Shown: positions 48,324-58,401 of the stretch, piece after piece
Position numbering within the stretch: the first letter of the stretch is position 1
Layout: every line of letters begins with the position of its first letter
Source of the DNA: Candidatus Bathyarchaeota archaeon
GTDB lineage: Archaea > Thermoproteota > Bathyarchaeia > 40CM-2-53-6
NCBI GenBank assembly: GCA_963733055.1
Contig: CAVTBR010000003.1
Coordinates: 712,460 to 776,459, forward strand
Length of the DNA: 64,000 bases
Reading direction: 5' to 3'
Program-made: the position numbers and the translations under genes
The notes under the pieces: model-generated
The model's database searches: none
What the model saw: only the letters and a program-made list of their open reading frames with translations
Told to the model about the DNA's origin: nothing

Positions 48324-49814
48324 CTAACCTTTGGTTACGCCGATTGGAGTAAGGCGGGCGACTTTGGTTGCTATGCCGAGTTGGTGGCTGACTTCGGCTA
48401 CGCTGTCGACGTTCTTGTAGGCTTCGGGGGCCTCCTCACTTACGGTTCCTATGTTCTCGGCTCTGATCATGATTCCTTTCTTACTGAGCAATTCTTCGAC
48501 GGCACTCGCGGGGTTCCTTCTCTTCGCCGCCGCGCGGCTCATGAACCTCCCCGCTCCATGCGCCGTCGTCCCGAAACTAAGCTCCATCGACTTCGGCGCC
48601 CCTATCAAAACCCACGATGCGGTACCCATGCTTCCCGGGATAAGGACCGGTTGCCCAATGTCACGATATTCGGATGGTATGGCTTGGTGGCCTGGGGGAA
48701 AGGCCCGAGTCGCCCCTTTCCTGTGAACGTAAACCTTCTTCATTCCCCCATCAACCGCATGCTCCTCAATCTTCGCGATGTTGTGGCATACGTCGTAGAT
48801 CAAGCCCATGTCGAGCTGGTCCGCTGATTTCCCAAAAATCTTCTCAAATGATTCCCTGGTCCAATGGGTGATCATTTGCCTGTTTGACCAGGCGAAATTT
48901 GCCGCGCAAGACATGGCACCGATATAATCTTCAACCTCATTACTCTTCGCCGGTGCGCAGGCCAGCTGCCTATCGGGCAACTTGATCCCGTATTTCTGAA
49001 TCGCGTGTTCCATAACCCTGAGGTAATCGCTACAAACCTGATAGCCGAACCCCCTGCTGCCGGTGTGAACTAGAACTAGCACTTGCCCTTCTTTTCGAAT
49101 TCCAAGTTTCTCCGCTACGGGCTGATCGAAAATCTTGTCCACCCTTTCTATCTCGAGAAAATGGTTGCCGCTCCCTAAGCTTCCAAGTTGGGGTGCACCA
49201 CGTTGCTTCGCAACCCCAGACACCTTGTCCGGATCAGCTGTCTCCATGCACCCGTTCTCCTCACAGTGCTTCTGATCCTCAGCCCAACCATAACCATGCT
49301 CAACAGCCCACTCCACCCCCTCTCGCGTGACCTTCTCCAAATCTCCCTGTGAAAGCCTCCCAACCTTCCCACGACTCCCCAAACCAGAAGGAACATTCAC
49401 AAACATAGTATCCAGCAACTTCCCCAAGAAGGGCCGAACATCCGCCTCCATCAGATTCGTCCTGATCAATCTGACGCCACAATTTATGTCATAGCCGATT
49501 CCGCCGGGGCTTACGACGCCTTCGTCGTAGTCGCTTGCCGCTACTCCTCCTATTGGGAATCCGTATCCTTCGTGGCCGTCGGGCATTGTGATTGCCCAGT
49601 TGTATAGGCCTGGTAGCGTCGCCACATTGGCGCATTGTTGGAGTGTGGCGTCTGTTCGCATTTTCGCGATGAGTGCGTCGTCAGCGTATATTCTCCCAGG
49701 CACTGTCATTCCCGGTTGAGAGTCCTTCGGAATCTCCCAGACGTACTTGTCGATCTGTTTGAGTGCAACTTGCTGTGAGGCTCGGCCGTATGCTGGTTGC
49801 GACATTTTGGCCAC
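48324..49814 (-). CDS. rtcB: RNA-splicing ligase RtcB
   Basis: MPDGHEGYGFPIGG, GYDINCG, GSGNHFLE, HTGSRG, HRKGATR, HGAGR. Confidence 0.97.
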   Translation of the reverse strand: MAKMSQPAYGRASQQVALKQIDKYVWEIPKDSQPGMTVPGRIYADDALIAKMRTDATLQQCANVATLPGLYNWAITMPDGHEGYGFPIGGVAASDYDEGVVSPGGIGYDINCGVRLIRTNLMEADVRPFLGKLLDTMFVNVPSGLGSRGKVGRLSQGDLEKVTREGVEWAVEHGYGWAEDQKHCEENGCMETADPDKVSGVAKQRGAPQLGSLGSGNHFLEIERVDKIFDQPVAEKLGIRKEGQVLVLVHTGSRGFGYQVCSDYLRVMEHAIQKYGIKLPDRQLACAPAKSNEVEDYIGAMSCAANFAWSNRQMITHWTRESFEKIFGKSADQLDMGLIYDVCHNIAKIEEHAVDGGMKKVYVHRKGATRAFPPGHQAIPSEYRDIGQPVLIPGSMGTASWVLIGAPKSMELSFGTTAHGAGRFMSRAAAKRRNPASAVEELLSKKGIMIRAENIGTVSEEAPEAYKNVDSVAEVSHQLGIATKVARLTPIGVTKG

Positions 49815-49893
49815 TCTTGGAACGCGTGAAACAGGTTCGCGCTCTATTTAAGCTTCGACAGGTCTTATTGAAAAATAATTTCTAACTCCAACG

Positions 49894-50355
49894 TCATTTC
49901 GGTCTCAAAGTTCTTTCGAACATTCGAATTGCGTTCTCTTGCTCCAAACTCTGTATCGAGCCCGGACGTTTTTCCCTCACCTTGTTGATAGCGTCATCCG
50001 CGGTCATCCCCTTGTGGACCAAGTAAGCTGCTAAAACCGTCCCGGTTCTTCCCATACCCTCGGCACAGTGAACGACCACGGGTTTCGATTGAGCGTTATG
50101 CGCGTCAATGAACTGAATAATCTCGTCGAGTTGAACCAGCGATGGCGCGCCTGAGATGTGGGAGTGGAGGTACGCAAAGCCCAAACGGTTAACCGGTTCT
50201 GGGTAGAGCGGCGTTCCGGTAAGAGAGATTATCGCCTTGACTCCTTCGCTTCTAAGTCCGTTTAGTTCAGCCTCGGACTCCGGCCTGGCACACCCGGCAA
50301 GCTTGGATTCTACGACCCAACTGAAATTTCTGGGAAGGACTATTCGCTCATCCAA
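49894..50355 (-). CDS. Dual-specificity (CDC14/DUSP23-like) phosphatase
   Basis: NFSWV, HCAEGMGRTG CX5R motif. Confidence 0.92.
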   Translation of the reverse strand: MDERIVLPRNFSWVVESKLAGCARPESEAELNGLRSEGVKAIISLTGTPLYPEPVNRLGFAYLHSHISGAPSLVQLDEIIQFIDAHNAQSKPVVVHCAEGMGRTGTVLAAYLVHKGMTADDAINKVREKRPGSIQSLEQENAIRMFERTLRPK

Positions 50356-51109
50356 ACTTGACCACCTCTAATGAACCGGCTCCGGGTGAAAGGTAAAGGC
50401 CTGTGCGTGCCGGATGAACCAAAAATCCCTTAGATTGCCATCCACCGCAATTCGCAACCCTATGCTTCGAATCGATTCCAGGAATGTGAGTGTGGCCAAA
50501 GATCACCCAGTCTTGGTCCGGGACACCGGCTATACGTTTCCAAGCCCTCTCCAAACTCAACTTCGAAATGAACCTGTCCCAGCCGTGGCCGATTGCTCCT
50601 TTCAAACTTAGGTCATGACCATGATAGGCCACCGCCCGTATACCGTTGAAGTTTAAGATTGCACATCGGCCGACCGGAACGAGACCGGACCCATCAAATA
50701 AGGCACGGTTTTCCGGGGACGGATCGTGAGGGGGCGAACCATCGACGAAGAACGCTTTTGCAGATAGTGCATCTAAACCAAGAATGTCACTAATCGGGTG
50801 AGCCGAGACTCTACTCAGGATCTTCTGTGCGTCGTCGGGTGAATCGAATAGGTCGCCGACAACAATTAGATTAGAAACGCTGCGGTCCTTCAGTAGCTCA
50901 TGCAACACCGCAGAGTACGTGAAAGGTGTGTCCGCTCTTAGGTGTAGATCTGAGATGAAGAGAGCATTCCCGTCAAGCTTGAAGACTGTCGCGGTGTGCA
51001 TTGGATTTAGTTCCGGCATGAAGGGATAAAGGAGAAAACGAAAGTTCATGACAACGGCGATGAGCGCTGCGGTTACGATTACAACCGCCAACAAACCTAA
51101 CGCTTGCAT
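50348..51109 (-). CDS. Membrane-anchored calcineurin-like metallophosphoesterase
   Basis: N-terminal TM; ISDLH, GDLFD, HGH, GHTH. Confidence 0.85.
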   Translation of the reverse strand: MQALGLLAVVIVTAALIAVVMNFRFLLYPFMPELNPMHTATVFKLDGNALFISDLHLRADTPFTYSAVLHELLKDRSVSNLIVVGDLFDSPDDAQKILSRVSAHPISDILGLDALSAKAFFVDGSPPHDPSPENRALFDGSGLVPVGRCAILNFNGIRAVAYHGHDLSLKGAIGHGWDRFISKLSLERAWKRIAGVPDQDWVIFGHTHIPGIDSKHRVANCGGWQSKGFLVHPARTGLYLSPGAGSLEVVKFG

Positions 51110-51361
51110 TACCGAACTCCCTTGTGTTTCTTTGACTCAACTCTCTCACTCTCAATTCGTGCTTTGAGTTAAATCCACGCCTTAACACACGCAGGAGGTT
51201 AAGTGTCCCAAGGATCTTGTTCACAAGATATTGCGACCAATAATCTCAAGCGCACTTGTTTGCTAGGCTAGGCGCGAAGATTGACAAATCCGCGACTCAT
51301 AGACTTACAAGAACCGAATGGTATCGAAAAAGTTCTCAATCAATGCTGAGAAAAACCAACA

Positions 51362-51862
51362 ATGACAACCCTACACCCAAAGTACCCTGCGGCACGAAAA
51401 CAGTTGATTTCCTTCCTGCAAACGGAAGGATTCAGGGTTCATCCGGAGGAGGTGTACTGCCCGGACGCGAAACATTGTTGGGTGGACGTGGCTGCCGTCA
51501 AAGGCCAAGATTATTGGGCTTTTGAATACAAGTCTCGCACCGATTCAATAAAGCGTGGGCTGGATCAGTGCAATTCCTACGCAAAGGCCTTCAATTTTGT
51601 GGTACTCGTAGCGGACCGGAATCGCGCAACCGCAAGCCCATATTTCGGCAACTTCAAACAAAATGGCTTCGGCGTATGGTCACATGTCGGAATCATATTC
51701 CATCCGCTACTCAAACCAAAACGGAGACTGGCAGCCAGGAATAGCAGGGTTGTTGTCGAGCGCCAGTTTAGGCGGATATTAGGAGAAACTGAGCATCTTG
51801 AAGACCGAAAAGTATCAGACTGGTTCCCTACCCGTATTGAACCAAGACTAGTAGACGCATAA
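51362..51862 (+). CDS. PD-(D/E)XK nuclease-like protein
   Basis: E....VDVAA......FEYK....GLDQ..Y. Confidence 0.7.
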   Translation: MTTLHPKYPAARKQLISFLQTEGFRVHPEEVYCPDAKHCWVDVAAVKGQDYWAFEYKSRTDSIKRGLDQCNSYAKAFNFVVLVADRNRATASPYFGNFKQNGFGVWSHVGIIFHPLLKPKRRLAARNSRVVVERQFRRILGETEHLEDRKVSDWFPTRIEPRLVDA

Positions 51863-51878
51863 GTGTCTGCGCCGAAAG

Positions 51879-52625
51879 TTAGTCTGCGTGACCATTGTTC
51901 CAGTTCGTAATAACACCGAGAGCTTCTGTCAGACTTCCGACCCTTGCGTCCGGGTTCACGAAAGACATACCTTCGATCGGTTTGCGAAGTATATGAATCG
52001 AACGCATTCCCATCCTCTTTGAACCCACGACATCCGCTTCCATTGAGTCACCCACAAAAATCGAATCAGATGCCTTCACTCCCAAGGAACTCAAAGCCTG
52101 AGTGAAGATTTCTTGGCGCGGCTTCCTGATCCTCAGCGCAGCAGAACTCAGAATGGTCTTGAAGAATCCGTTTAGGTTACGCCGTTCTAATATCGCGTGC
52201 ACAGCATAGTCGCTCTTTGCGTTTGAGACTATCCCCATGACGTAACCCTGCCCCTCGAGGGCGGCTAGTGTTTCGATTGTATCGGGGTAGACCTGCCAAG
52301 ACTCAATTTCCGGTTTGAAGAACTCAACCATAGCATTCGTTGGCAGTTCCATGCCTTGATGCTCTAATCCGGACTTCGTTAGAGTCTTTGAGATGATTTC
52401 TTCCATCGGAATCTCAATTTTACGTAAGTTCGCTTCGTCGGAGGCGTGGTTGAATTGTTTTGCGAATTTTTTCGCGAATTTCTCTGAATCCAGTTTCAGA
52501 CCTTGCGTGCTAAGATAGTTGTAGAGTTGTTGGAGGTTCGCTTGGAAGATATCCTCCCAGGGTCGGTCTAGGTGTACCAACGTGTCACCGAGGTCGAGAA
52601 AGACCGCCCTGACCAACGCTATCAC
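51879..52625 (-). CDS. HAD-family hydrolase
   Basis: DLGDTL, VSN, RKP, VGDS..AD. Confidence 0.92.
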   Translation of the reverse strand: MIALVRAVFLDLGDTLVHLDRPWEDIFQANLQQLYNYLSTQGLKLDSEKFAKKFAKQFNHASDEANLRKIEIPMEEIISKTLTKSGLEHQGMELPTNAMVEFFKPEIESWQVYPDTIETLAALEGQGYVMGIVSNAKSDYAVHAILERRNLNGFFKTILSSAALRIRKPRQEIFTQALSSLGVKASDSIFVGDSMEADVVGSKRMGMRSIHILRKPIEGMSFVNPDARVGSLTEALGVITNWNNGHAD

Positions 52626-52737
52626 GAGTCTACGGAATGCGGTGGGTAGAGGCTCATAACTCTTCGTGACCGTTCATCTGAACAGCATTCAGTTGTTTTA
52701 AGTAGGGTTCCATCCCTCAGGCTCATGGTGTCTATGG

Positions 52738-54078
52738 ATGCCGAACGGTCCAAGTGGAGTAACTTTCTACGGGGGCGTGGGCGAGATCGGTGGAAACAAG
52801 ATTCTCGTCGAGGACAAGGGTTCTCGCATTATGCTGGATTTCGGAATGAGTTATGCCGACCGACGCCGATTCTTCGTTGACCCTATTCTGTCCCCCGGCG
52901 ACGAAAAGGATCTGCTTGAATTCGGAATACTCCCCGACATAAAGGGAATTTACGCATTCGAAGAATCCACACCATCAATCAACGCGGTTTTCCTCTCCCA
53001 CGCCCACGGAGACCACTGGGGCTACATCTCATTTCTGAAGCGAGAAATCCCGATTCATTGTGGGGAAACATGCGCACGAATTCTTGAATCAGCATCGGCA
53101 ACAAGGGTTAGGCACTTCGAGTCGGACATTAGAGGAATTCATTTTGAAACATTCAGGACCGGCAAGACGGTTACAGTAGGGACTATCGAGGTGACCCCCT
53201 GCCACGTTGACCACTCCATTCCGGGAGCATATGGATTCATAGTGAGAACTTCTCAGGGCACTGTTGCTTACACGGCCGATTTGAGATTGCATGGAACGAA
53301 ACCACAAATGACCGGAGATTTCCTTGACCTCGCCGCCAAGTCCGATCCTAGAATCCTTCTCGCCGAAGGAACGAATATCTTAGGCGGCGAAGTAACTAGC
53401 GAAAGCGAGGTCAAATCAAAACTCAATCAGCTAGTCTCCAGCACGAAAAGCTTAGCCTTAGCTAATTTCTCGAATGTTGATGTGGATAGAATTCGCACCT
53501 TTTTCGACGTGGTGAAGGAAAACGATAGGGTGCTTGCTATCTCGTTGAAGCAGGCGTACCTCCTGAACCAACTGTCATCTGACCGGGAGCTGAACCTACC
53601 TAACCCGCTCGAGCGAGATGACAACATCGCCGTATTCAGGAGGGCGAAGAAGAGGTATTATGATTGGGAGGAAACCGTCATGGAGAAAGCCAGAACCATC
53701 GACAGTGAAGAGTTAAGGAGGGACCAAAGAAAGTTCGTCGTCGCTTTCTCGATGCCAGATTTCAAAGAGCTAGTCGACATTAGACCAAGTGCCGGAAGCA
53801 TATTCGTACTTTCAACCTCCGAACCATTCAACGAAGAACAAGAGTTCGAGTTTGAGAGGTTACGGAATTGGCTCGACCATTTTGGCCTTCCGATGTATCA
53901 CATACACTGCTCAGGCCACATAATGCCTAGCGAGCTGAAAAGTAGTATAGAAAAAATCAAACCCCGTCGACTATTCCCAATTCACACAGAGTACCCCGGC
54001 CTGTACGCCAAGTACCTAGCCGACACGGCCAAGATTGAAATCCCATCACGAGCGCGATTATTCGAAATAGCCGACTAG
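52738..54078 (+). CDS. Metallo-beta-lactamase / beta-CASP RNase J-like protein
   Basis: GGVGEIGGN, SHAHGDH, VDHS, HCSGH, PIHTE. Confidence 0.88.
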   Translation: MPNGPSGVTFYGGVGEIGGNKILVEDKGSRIMLDFGMSYADRRRFFVDPILSPGDEKDLLEFGILPDIKGIYAFEESTPSINAVFLSHAHGDHWGYISFLKREIPIHCGETCARILESASATRVRHFESDIRGIHFETFRTGKTVTVGTIEVTPCHVDHSIPGAYGFIVRTSQGTVAYTADLRLHGTKPQMTGDFLDLAAKSDPRILLAEGTNILGGEVTSESEVKSKLNQLVSSTKSLALANFSNVDVDRIRTFFDVVKENDRVLAISLKQAYLLNQLSSDRELNLPNPLERDDNIAVFRRAKKRYYDWEETVMEKARTIDSEELRRDQRKFVVAFSMPDFKELVDIRPSAGSIFVLSTSEPFNEEQEFEFERLRNWLDHFGLPMYHIHCSGHIMPSELKSSIEKIKPRRLFPIHTEYPGLYAKYLADTAKIEIPSRARLFEIAD

Positions 54079-54593
54079 TAGTCGCGCTCGAACTCAACCC
54101 TAAGCGTCATACCCTTGAGTTCCTGAGCCATCGTCTTCACTATGTCAAGTTCCACCGGCATCCTGCGAGGCTGTCGCCCGGTGAGAATGACCTTAGTCTC
54201 TGTGCTTCCGTCGGGAATCCAAATTGTGTTTATGGTTAGAATTGAAAGAGGGCTAAAGAGATCTTCGAGGAACTCTCGGTCGTCGCCACCATAGCTAATC
54301 AGCTTAACACGCTTGCCGAACGTATCGCCAAGGTCTTTGACGATCTTCGCCCCACCTCCAAGCAACCTCGGAACATCCTTCCTATCCACCAGAACTGCCA
54401 ACATTCCGTCTGCTTCAACAGAACGATGGTAAGTCACATCCTGAAGAACAGGGTGTTCCTTCTCCAGTTCCACCATACGCTGGATTACCTTGAGGTCTAA
54501 TTCAGTTATCTGACCTTTCTCAAGCTTCTCCTCACACCTGCGGCAGAGGATGCCCGACTTCACACAAAATGCATCCAGAATCGTCTTTACCAT
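54075..54593 (-). CDS. Archaeal NusA-like KH protein (zinc-finger NusA2 type)
   Basis: FCVKSGILC..C N-terminus, KH-like GGGAK, P......IW.PDG. Confidence 0.75.
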   Translation of the reverse strand: MVKTILDAFCVKSGILCRRCEEKLEKGQITELDLKVIQRMVELEKEHPVLQDVTYHRSVEADGMLAVLVDRKDVPRLLGGGAKIVKDLGDTFGKRVKLISYGGDDREFLEDLFSPLSILTINTIWIPDGSTETKVILTGRQPRRMPVELDIVKTMAQELKGMTLRVEFERDY

Positions 54594-54819
54594 TCACTTT
54601 CAACTATTATCTGAATCCTACACTTCGTCAGCCAGTACCGCACTCGCGAAACCGGCGTCATCTTACAGGACGACACCGCGCAACCTATTTGAACAATTTG
54701 GTTACGAAAAATATGTTTGACTAACAAATCATGTTTCCAGTCAACCCCGAGGGCGTTGAAGCGATTTTATTACCGAATCCCCAGTCTAGGTCACGCGAGG
54801 TTTCGGGACGGTAATTGGC

Positions 54820-55965
54820 TTGAAGCTTTTCGAATATGAGGCTAAAGAGATCGCACGGCAATACGACCTGCCAGTGCCCCGCGGGTTTATCGCGTCTACC
54901 TCGGTCGAAGCAAGAGACGCTTACATGCAGCTAGGGAGGCCATCGATGATTAAGGCACAGGTACTCGTGGCCGGCCGCGGAAAAGCTGGCGCAATCAAGC
55001 CCGCTTCCAACCCTGAGGAAGCAGAGCGGGTTGCGCAAGCAATCCTCTCCATGACTGTGAAAGGAGAAAAGGTTGCAAAGGTGCTCGTGGAGGAGCAGTT
55101 AGCGAGCAAGTACGAACGCTATGTGAGCATAGTTGTTGATCGAGGGTCCAAATGTTACACGATCCTCTGTTCAACGGAGGGCGGGGTCGACATCGAGGAG
55201 GTAGCCACATCACACCCGGAAAAAATCATCCGGTACAAAATCGACCCGCTACTAGGTTTGCAAGAATTCGAAACTAGGACGGTCGCAAAGCGACTGGGTT
55301 ACTCCGGGAGTCAAATGGCTCAAGTCGCGAGTATCGTCGGAAAACTCTACCAGATCATGCTTCAATACGACGGCGAACTCATCGAATCAAATCCCCTGAT
55401 CGAGACAAAGGCGGGCGATATTGTTGCCGCAGACCTCCGAATACTTGTAGACGACAACTCACTATTCAGACAGAAGAAATTCCTAGAACGTTCCAAGACT
55501 TTGGAACCGGATATGACCGACCTCGAGATCAATGCAAGGGAGAAGGGACTTGCGTTCGTTGAGCTGGGAGGAAGCGTAGGGATAATCGGGAATGGAGCTG
55601 GCCTGGTTATGGCAACTTTGGACATGATCATAGACTACAAGGGTGAACCGGCCAACTTCTGCGATGTCGGAGGAGGCGCCAGTGAAGAACGAATCGCGGC
55701 CGCACTAGAAATTGTCCTCGCGAACCCGAAAGTCAAGGTTCTACTCATCAACATCATGGGAGGAATCACGAGTTGCGACGACGTAGCCCGGGCCATTCTA
55801 GACATCCAGAAGAGGATGGGCATATCGACACCTATGGTCATAAGGCTGGTTGGCACAAACGAGAAGGAAGGACAGAAGATACTTGCAGCAGCTAACATCC
55901 CATCGCTGAACAGTATGGAAGAAGCGGCCGAGAAGGCCGTCTCGCTAACTTCAGGAGCGTCCTAA
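54820..55965 (+). CDS. sucC: Succinyl-CoA synthetase beta subunit
   Basis: MKLFEYEAK, KAQV..GRGKAG, GNGAGL.M.T.D, PANF.DVGGG. Confidence 0.96.
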   Translation: MKLFEYEAKEIARQYDLPVPRGFIASTSVEARDAYMQLGRPSMIKAQVLVAGRGKAGAIKPASNPEEAERVAQAILSMTVKGEKVAKVLVEEQLASKYERYVSIVVDRGSKCYTILCSTEGGVDIEEVATSHPEKIIRYKIDPLLGLQEFETRTVAKRLGYSGSQMAQVASIVGKLYQIMLQYDGELIESNPLIETKAGDIVAADLRILVDDNSLFRQKKFLERSKTLEPDMTDLEINAREKGLAFVELGGSVGIIGNGAGLVMATLDMIIDYKGEPANFCDVGGGASEERIAAALEIVLANPKVKVLLINIMGGITSCDDVARAILDIQKRMGISTPMVIRLVGTNEKEGQKILAAANIPSLNSMEEAAEKAVSLTSGAS

Positions 55966-55966
55966 C

Positions 55967-56848
55967 ATGGCGATTCTAGTCGGCCGCAGGACCAAGGCCA
56001 TAGTCTGGGGAATAACGGGTTCCCAGGGACAATTCCACACACAGCTAATGCTCGAATACGGTACAAAAATTGTCGCCGGAGTCACTCCCGGACGAGGCGG
56101 CCAAGAAGTTCACGGCGTCCCTGTATTTGACACAGCACGGGAAGCCATTGAGAAGATAGATGCTGACGCGGCCATCATCTTCGTGCCGGCCCCCTACGCC
56201 AAGGATGCCGTGCTCGAAGCGTTAGCTGCAGACCTAAACCCAGTCGTGGTCATCACTGAGGGAATCCCCGTTAAAGACGAAATTCAGATGATGGAAATAG
56301 CAAAACAGAAAGGCACCACCATCATTGGCCCCAACACACCAGGAATCATAACACCCGGCCAATGCAAACTCGGCATCATGCCCAGCCACATCTTCAAACC
56401 GGGAAAGGTAGGGTTAGTATCGAGAAGCGGGACCCTAACCTACGAAATCGCAGCAAGCCTCACAAACGCGGGCCTCGGGCAATCAACCTGTCTTGGCGTC
56501 GGCGGGGACCCAGTAGTCGGGATGAGTTTTGTCGATGTCTTCACGATGTTCAGAAAGGACACGGCAACGAAAGCTATCGCAATGATCGGCGAAATCGGAG
56601 GTAACGCCGAAGAGATGGCGGCGGAATATGTCAGGAAGACAAAGTATCCCAAACCCATCGTAGCCTACATAGCGGGCCGCGGGGCTCCGGCGGGAAAAAG
56701 AATGGGCCATGCAGGCGCAATAATCACTGGTAAGGCCGGTACCGCTGACACCAAGATAGAAGCACTCAGAGCAGCGGGGGTTAGGATCGCACTGAAACCC
56801 GGCGAAATTGCGAAACTCATCAAACGACCAAAGCTTACCCTAAATTAA
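55967..56848 (+). CDS. sucD: Succinyl-CoA synthetase alpha subunit
   Basis: GVTPG.GG, ITEGIP, SRSGTLTYE, MGHAGA. Confidence 0.96.
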   Translation: MAILVGRRTKAIVWGITGSQGQFHTQLMLEYGTKIVAGVTPGRGGQEVHGVPVFDTAREAIEKIDADAAIIFVPAPYAKDAVLEALAADLNPVVVITEGIPVKDEIQMMEIAKQKGTTIIGPNTPGIITPGQCKLGIMPSHIFKPGKVGLVSRSGTLTYEIAASLTNAGLGQSTCLGVGGDPVVGMSFVDVFTMFRKDTATKAIAMIGEIGGNAEEMAAEYVRKTKYPKPIVAYIAGRGAPAGKRMGHAGAIITGKAGTADTKIEALRAAGVRIALKPGEIAKLIKRPKLTLN

Positions 56849-56891
56849 CAAGTATTACCTCTAGAGGCTGCATTCAGAAAGGTAGTCTCTA

Positions 56892-58205
56892 TTGCTGAAA
56901 CGCACGCACTACACAAACGAACTCGAGAACGCTACAGGCACGGTCGTTTTAGCGGGATGGGTTCATGACATCAAGGATCTTGCCCGGATAAGGTTCATTT
57001 GGCTGAGAGACAGGGGCGGCGTAGCTCAGGTCACCATCTCGAAATCAAGTGCCCCTCCTGAAGTCATTCAGGTCTCCGAGAAGCTTGGTAAAGAGGATGT
57101 CATCGCCGTTGAAGGCACACCGGTCCAGAAACGAATTGCTAAGGTAGGTTCAGAAATTACCCCAGCGAAAATTGAGTTGATCGTCAAAGCGCTAGCAGCC
57201 GCGCCGCTCGACATGTCGGGAAAAATCGAATCGAACCTCGACGCCCGCCTCGACTGGCGCGTCATCGACCTCAGGAGACCTGAGAACCTCGCAGTATTCC
57301 AAATCCAATCCAAGTTGGTAGAGGGAATGGTGGAATACCTGAAACAGCATGGCTACCTTGGAGTCTTTACTCCATGCCTACTCGGCGGCACTTCGGAAGG
57401 CGGGGCTGAAGTCTTCAAGACCGACTACTTTGGCAAAGAAGCATTCTTGCGCCAGGATCCTCAGTTGCATCGGCAGTTGTGCATCGCGGCCGGCTTCGAT
57501 AAGATCTACGACCTCGGCCCAAACTGGAGGGCGGAATTATCCCACACAACTCAACATCTATGCGAGCATAGGGTCATGGCGGTTGAATTCGGTTTCATGA
57601 ATGACGAGACAGACATGATGAGAGTCGAAGAGGAAATGGCAGTCGCGGCGTTGAAGAAAGTTGAAAGAGACTGTTCCCGCGAACTAGAACTACTAAAAGT
57701 CGAAGCGAAAGTCCCCGCGACACCGTTTCCTGAGATGCGCTACCCTCAGATCTACGAAATCCTCGAAGAGTACGGGAAGAAGATACCTTACGGCAATGAT
57801 ATTGGAAAAGAAGGCGAAAGCCTACTCGCAAAACACGTTCAGGAGAAACATAAGACGCATGCTTTCTTTGTCAACAGGTACCCTTCGAAAGTCAAGCCGT
57901 TTTACGTAATGCGGGTCGATGATGATTCGCAATGGGCGAGGAGCGTCGACCTCGTGTACGGAGGCATGGAACAATCATCGGGAGGACAGCGCGAACACCG
58001 TTACGATAGGCTCATGGCACAGATAGTGGAGCAGAAGATTGACGCTGAAGGGATAAAGTGGTTTACCGAACCCTTCAAGTTTGGCGTCCCACCACACGGC
58101 GGCTTCGCCCTAGGAATCGAGCGATTCACGATGGCATTTCTCGGCAAAGAGAACATTCGGGAAACAACACTCTTCCCGAGATCTCCAGAAAGGCTGATTC
58201 CATGA
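56892..58205 (+). CDS. aspS: Aspartate--tRNA(Asp/Asn) ligase
   Basis: OB-fold GWVH..LRDR, EGGAEVF, QREH, PPHGGF.LG.ER. Confidence 0.95.
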   Translation: MLKRTHYTNELENATGTVVLAGWVHDIKDLARIRFIWLRDRGGVAQVTISKSSAPPEVIQVSEKLGKEDVIAVEGTPVQKRIAKVGSEITPAKIELIVKALAAAPLDMSGKIESNLDARLDWRVIDLRRPENLAVFQIQSKLVEGMVEYLKQHGYLGVFTPCLLGGTSEGGAEVFKTDYFGKEAFLRQDPQLHRQLCIAAGFDKIYDLGPNWRAELSHTTQHLCEHRVMAVEFGFMNDETDMMRVEEEMAVAALKKVERDCSRELELLKVEAKVPATPFPEMRYPQIYEILEEYGKKIPYGNDIGKEGESLLAKHVQEKHKTHAFFVNRYPSKVKPFYVMRVDDDSQWARSVDLVYGGMEQSSGGQREHRYDRLMAQIVEQKIDAEGIKWFTEPFKFGVPPHGGFALGIERFTMAFLGKENIRETTLFPRSPERLIP

Positions 58206-58401
58206 TTGCGTGAGAGCGACTGAGCCTTCTGGGTCAGTCGTCATTCTCAGCGCCGAGGATTCCTAACTTGCAGGCTTGCGGACTCCACGAATGTTGGGAC
58301 TCGTCACAAACAGACAAGATTCGGGGAGCTGGAGAATCAACAACGGTTATTATCCGCCCGCTCCTCGCTGATCACAAAGAGAGAGTCTGAGGAGTAGAAT
58401 C

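Noticed and set aside
48324-49814. Intein in RtcB
   Set aside because: The protein has normal length (496 aa) and the GYDINCG motif is uninterrupted.
52420-52427. Further TTACGTAA 8-mers (also 57902-57909) as the right boundary of the array
   Set aside because: They lie inside intact core genes and are not preceded by CGTTACC.
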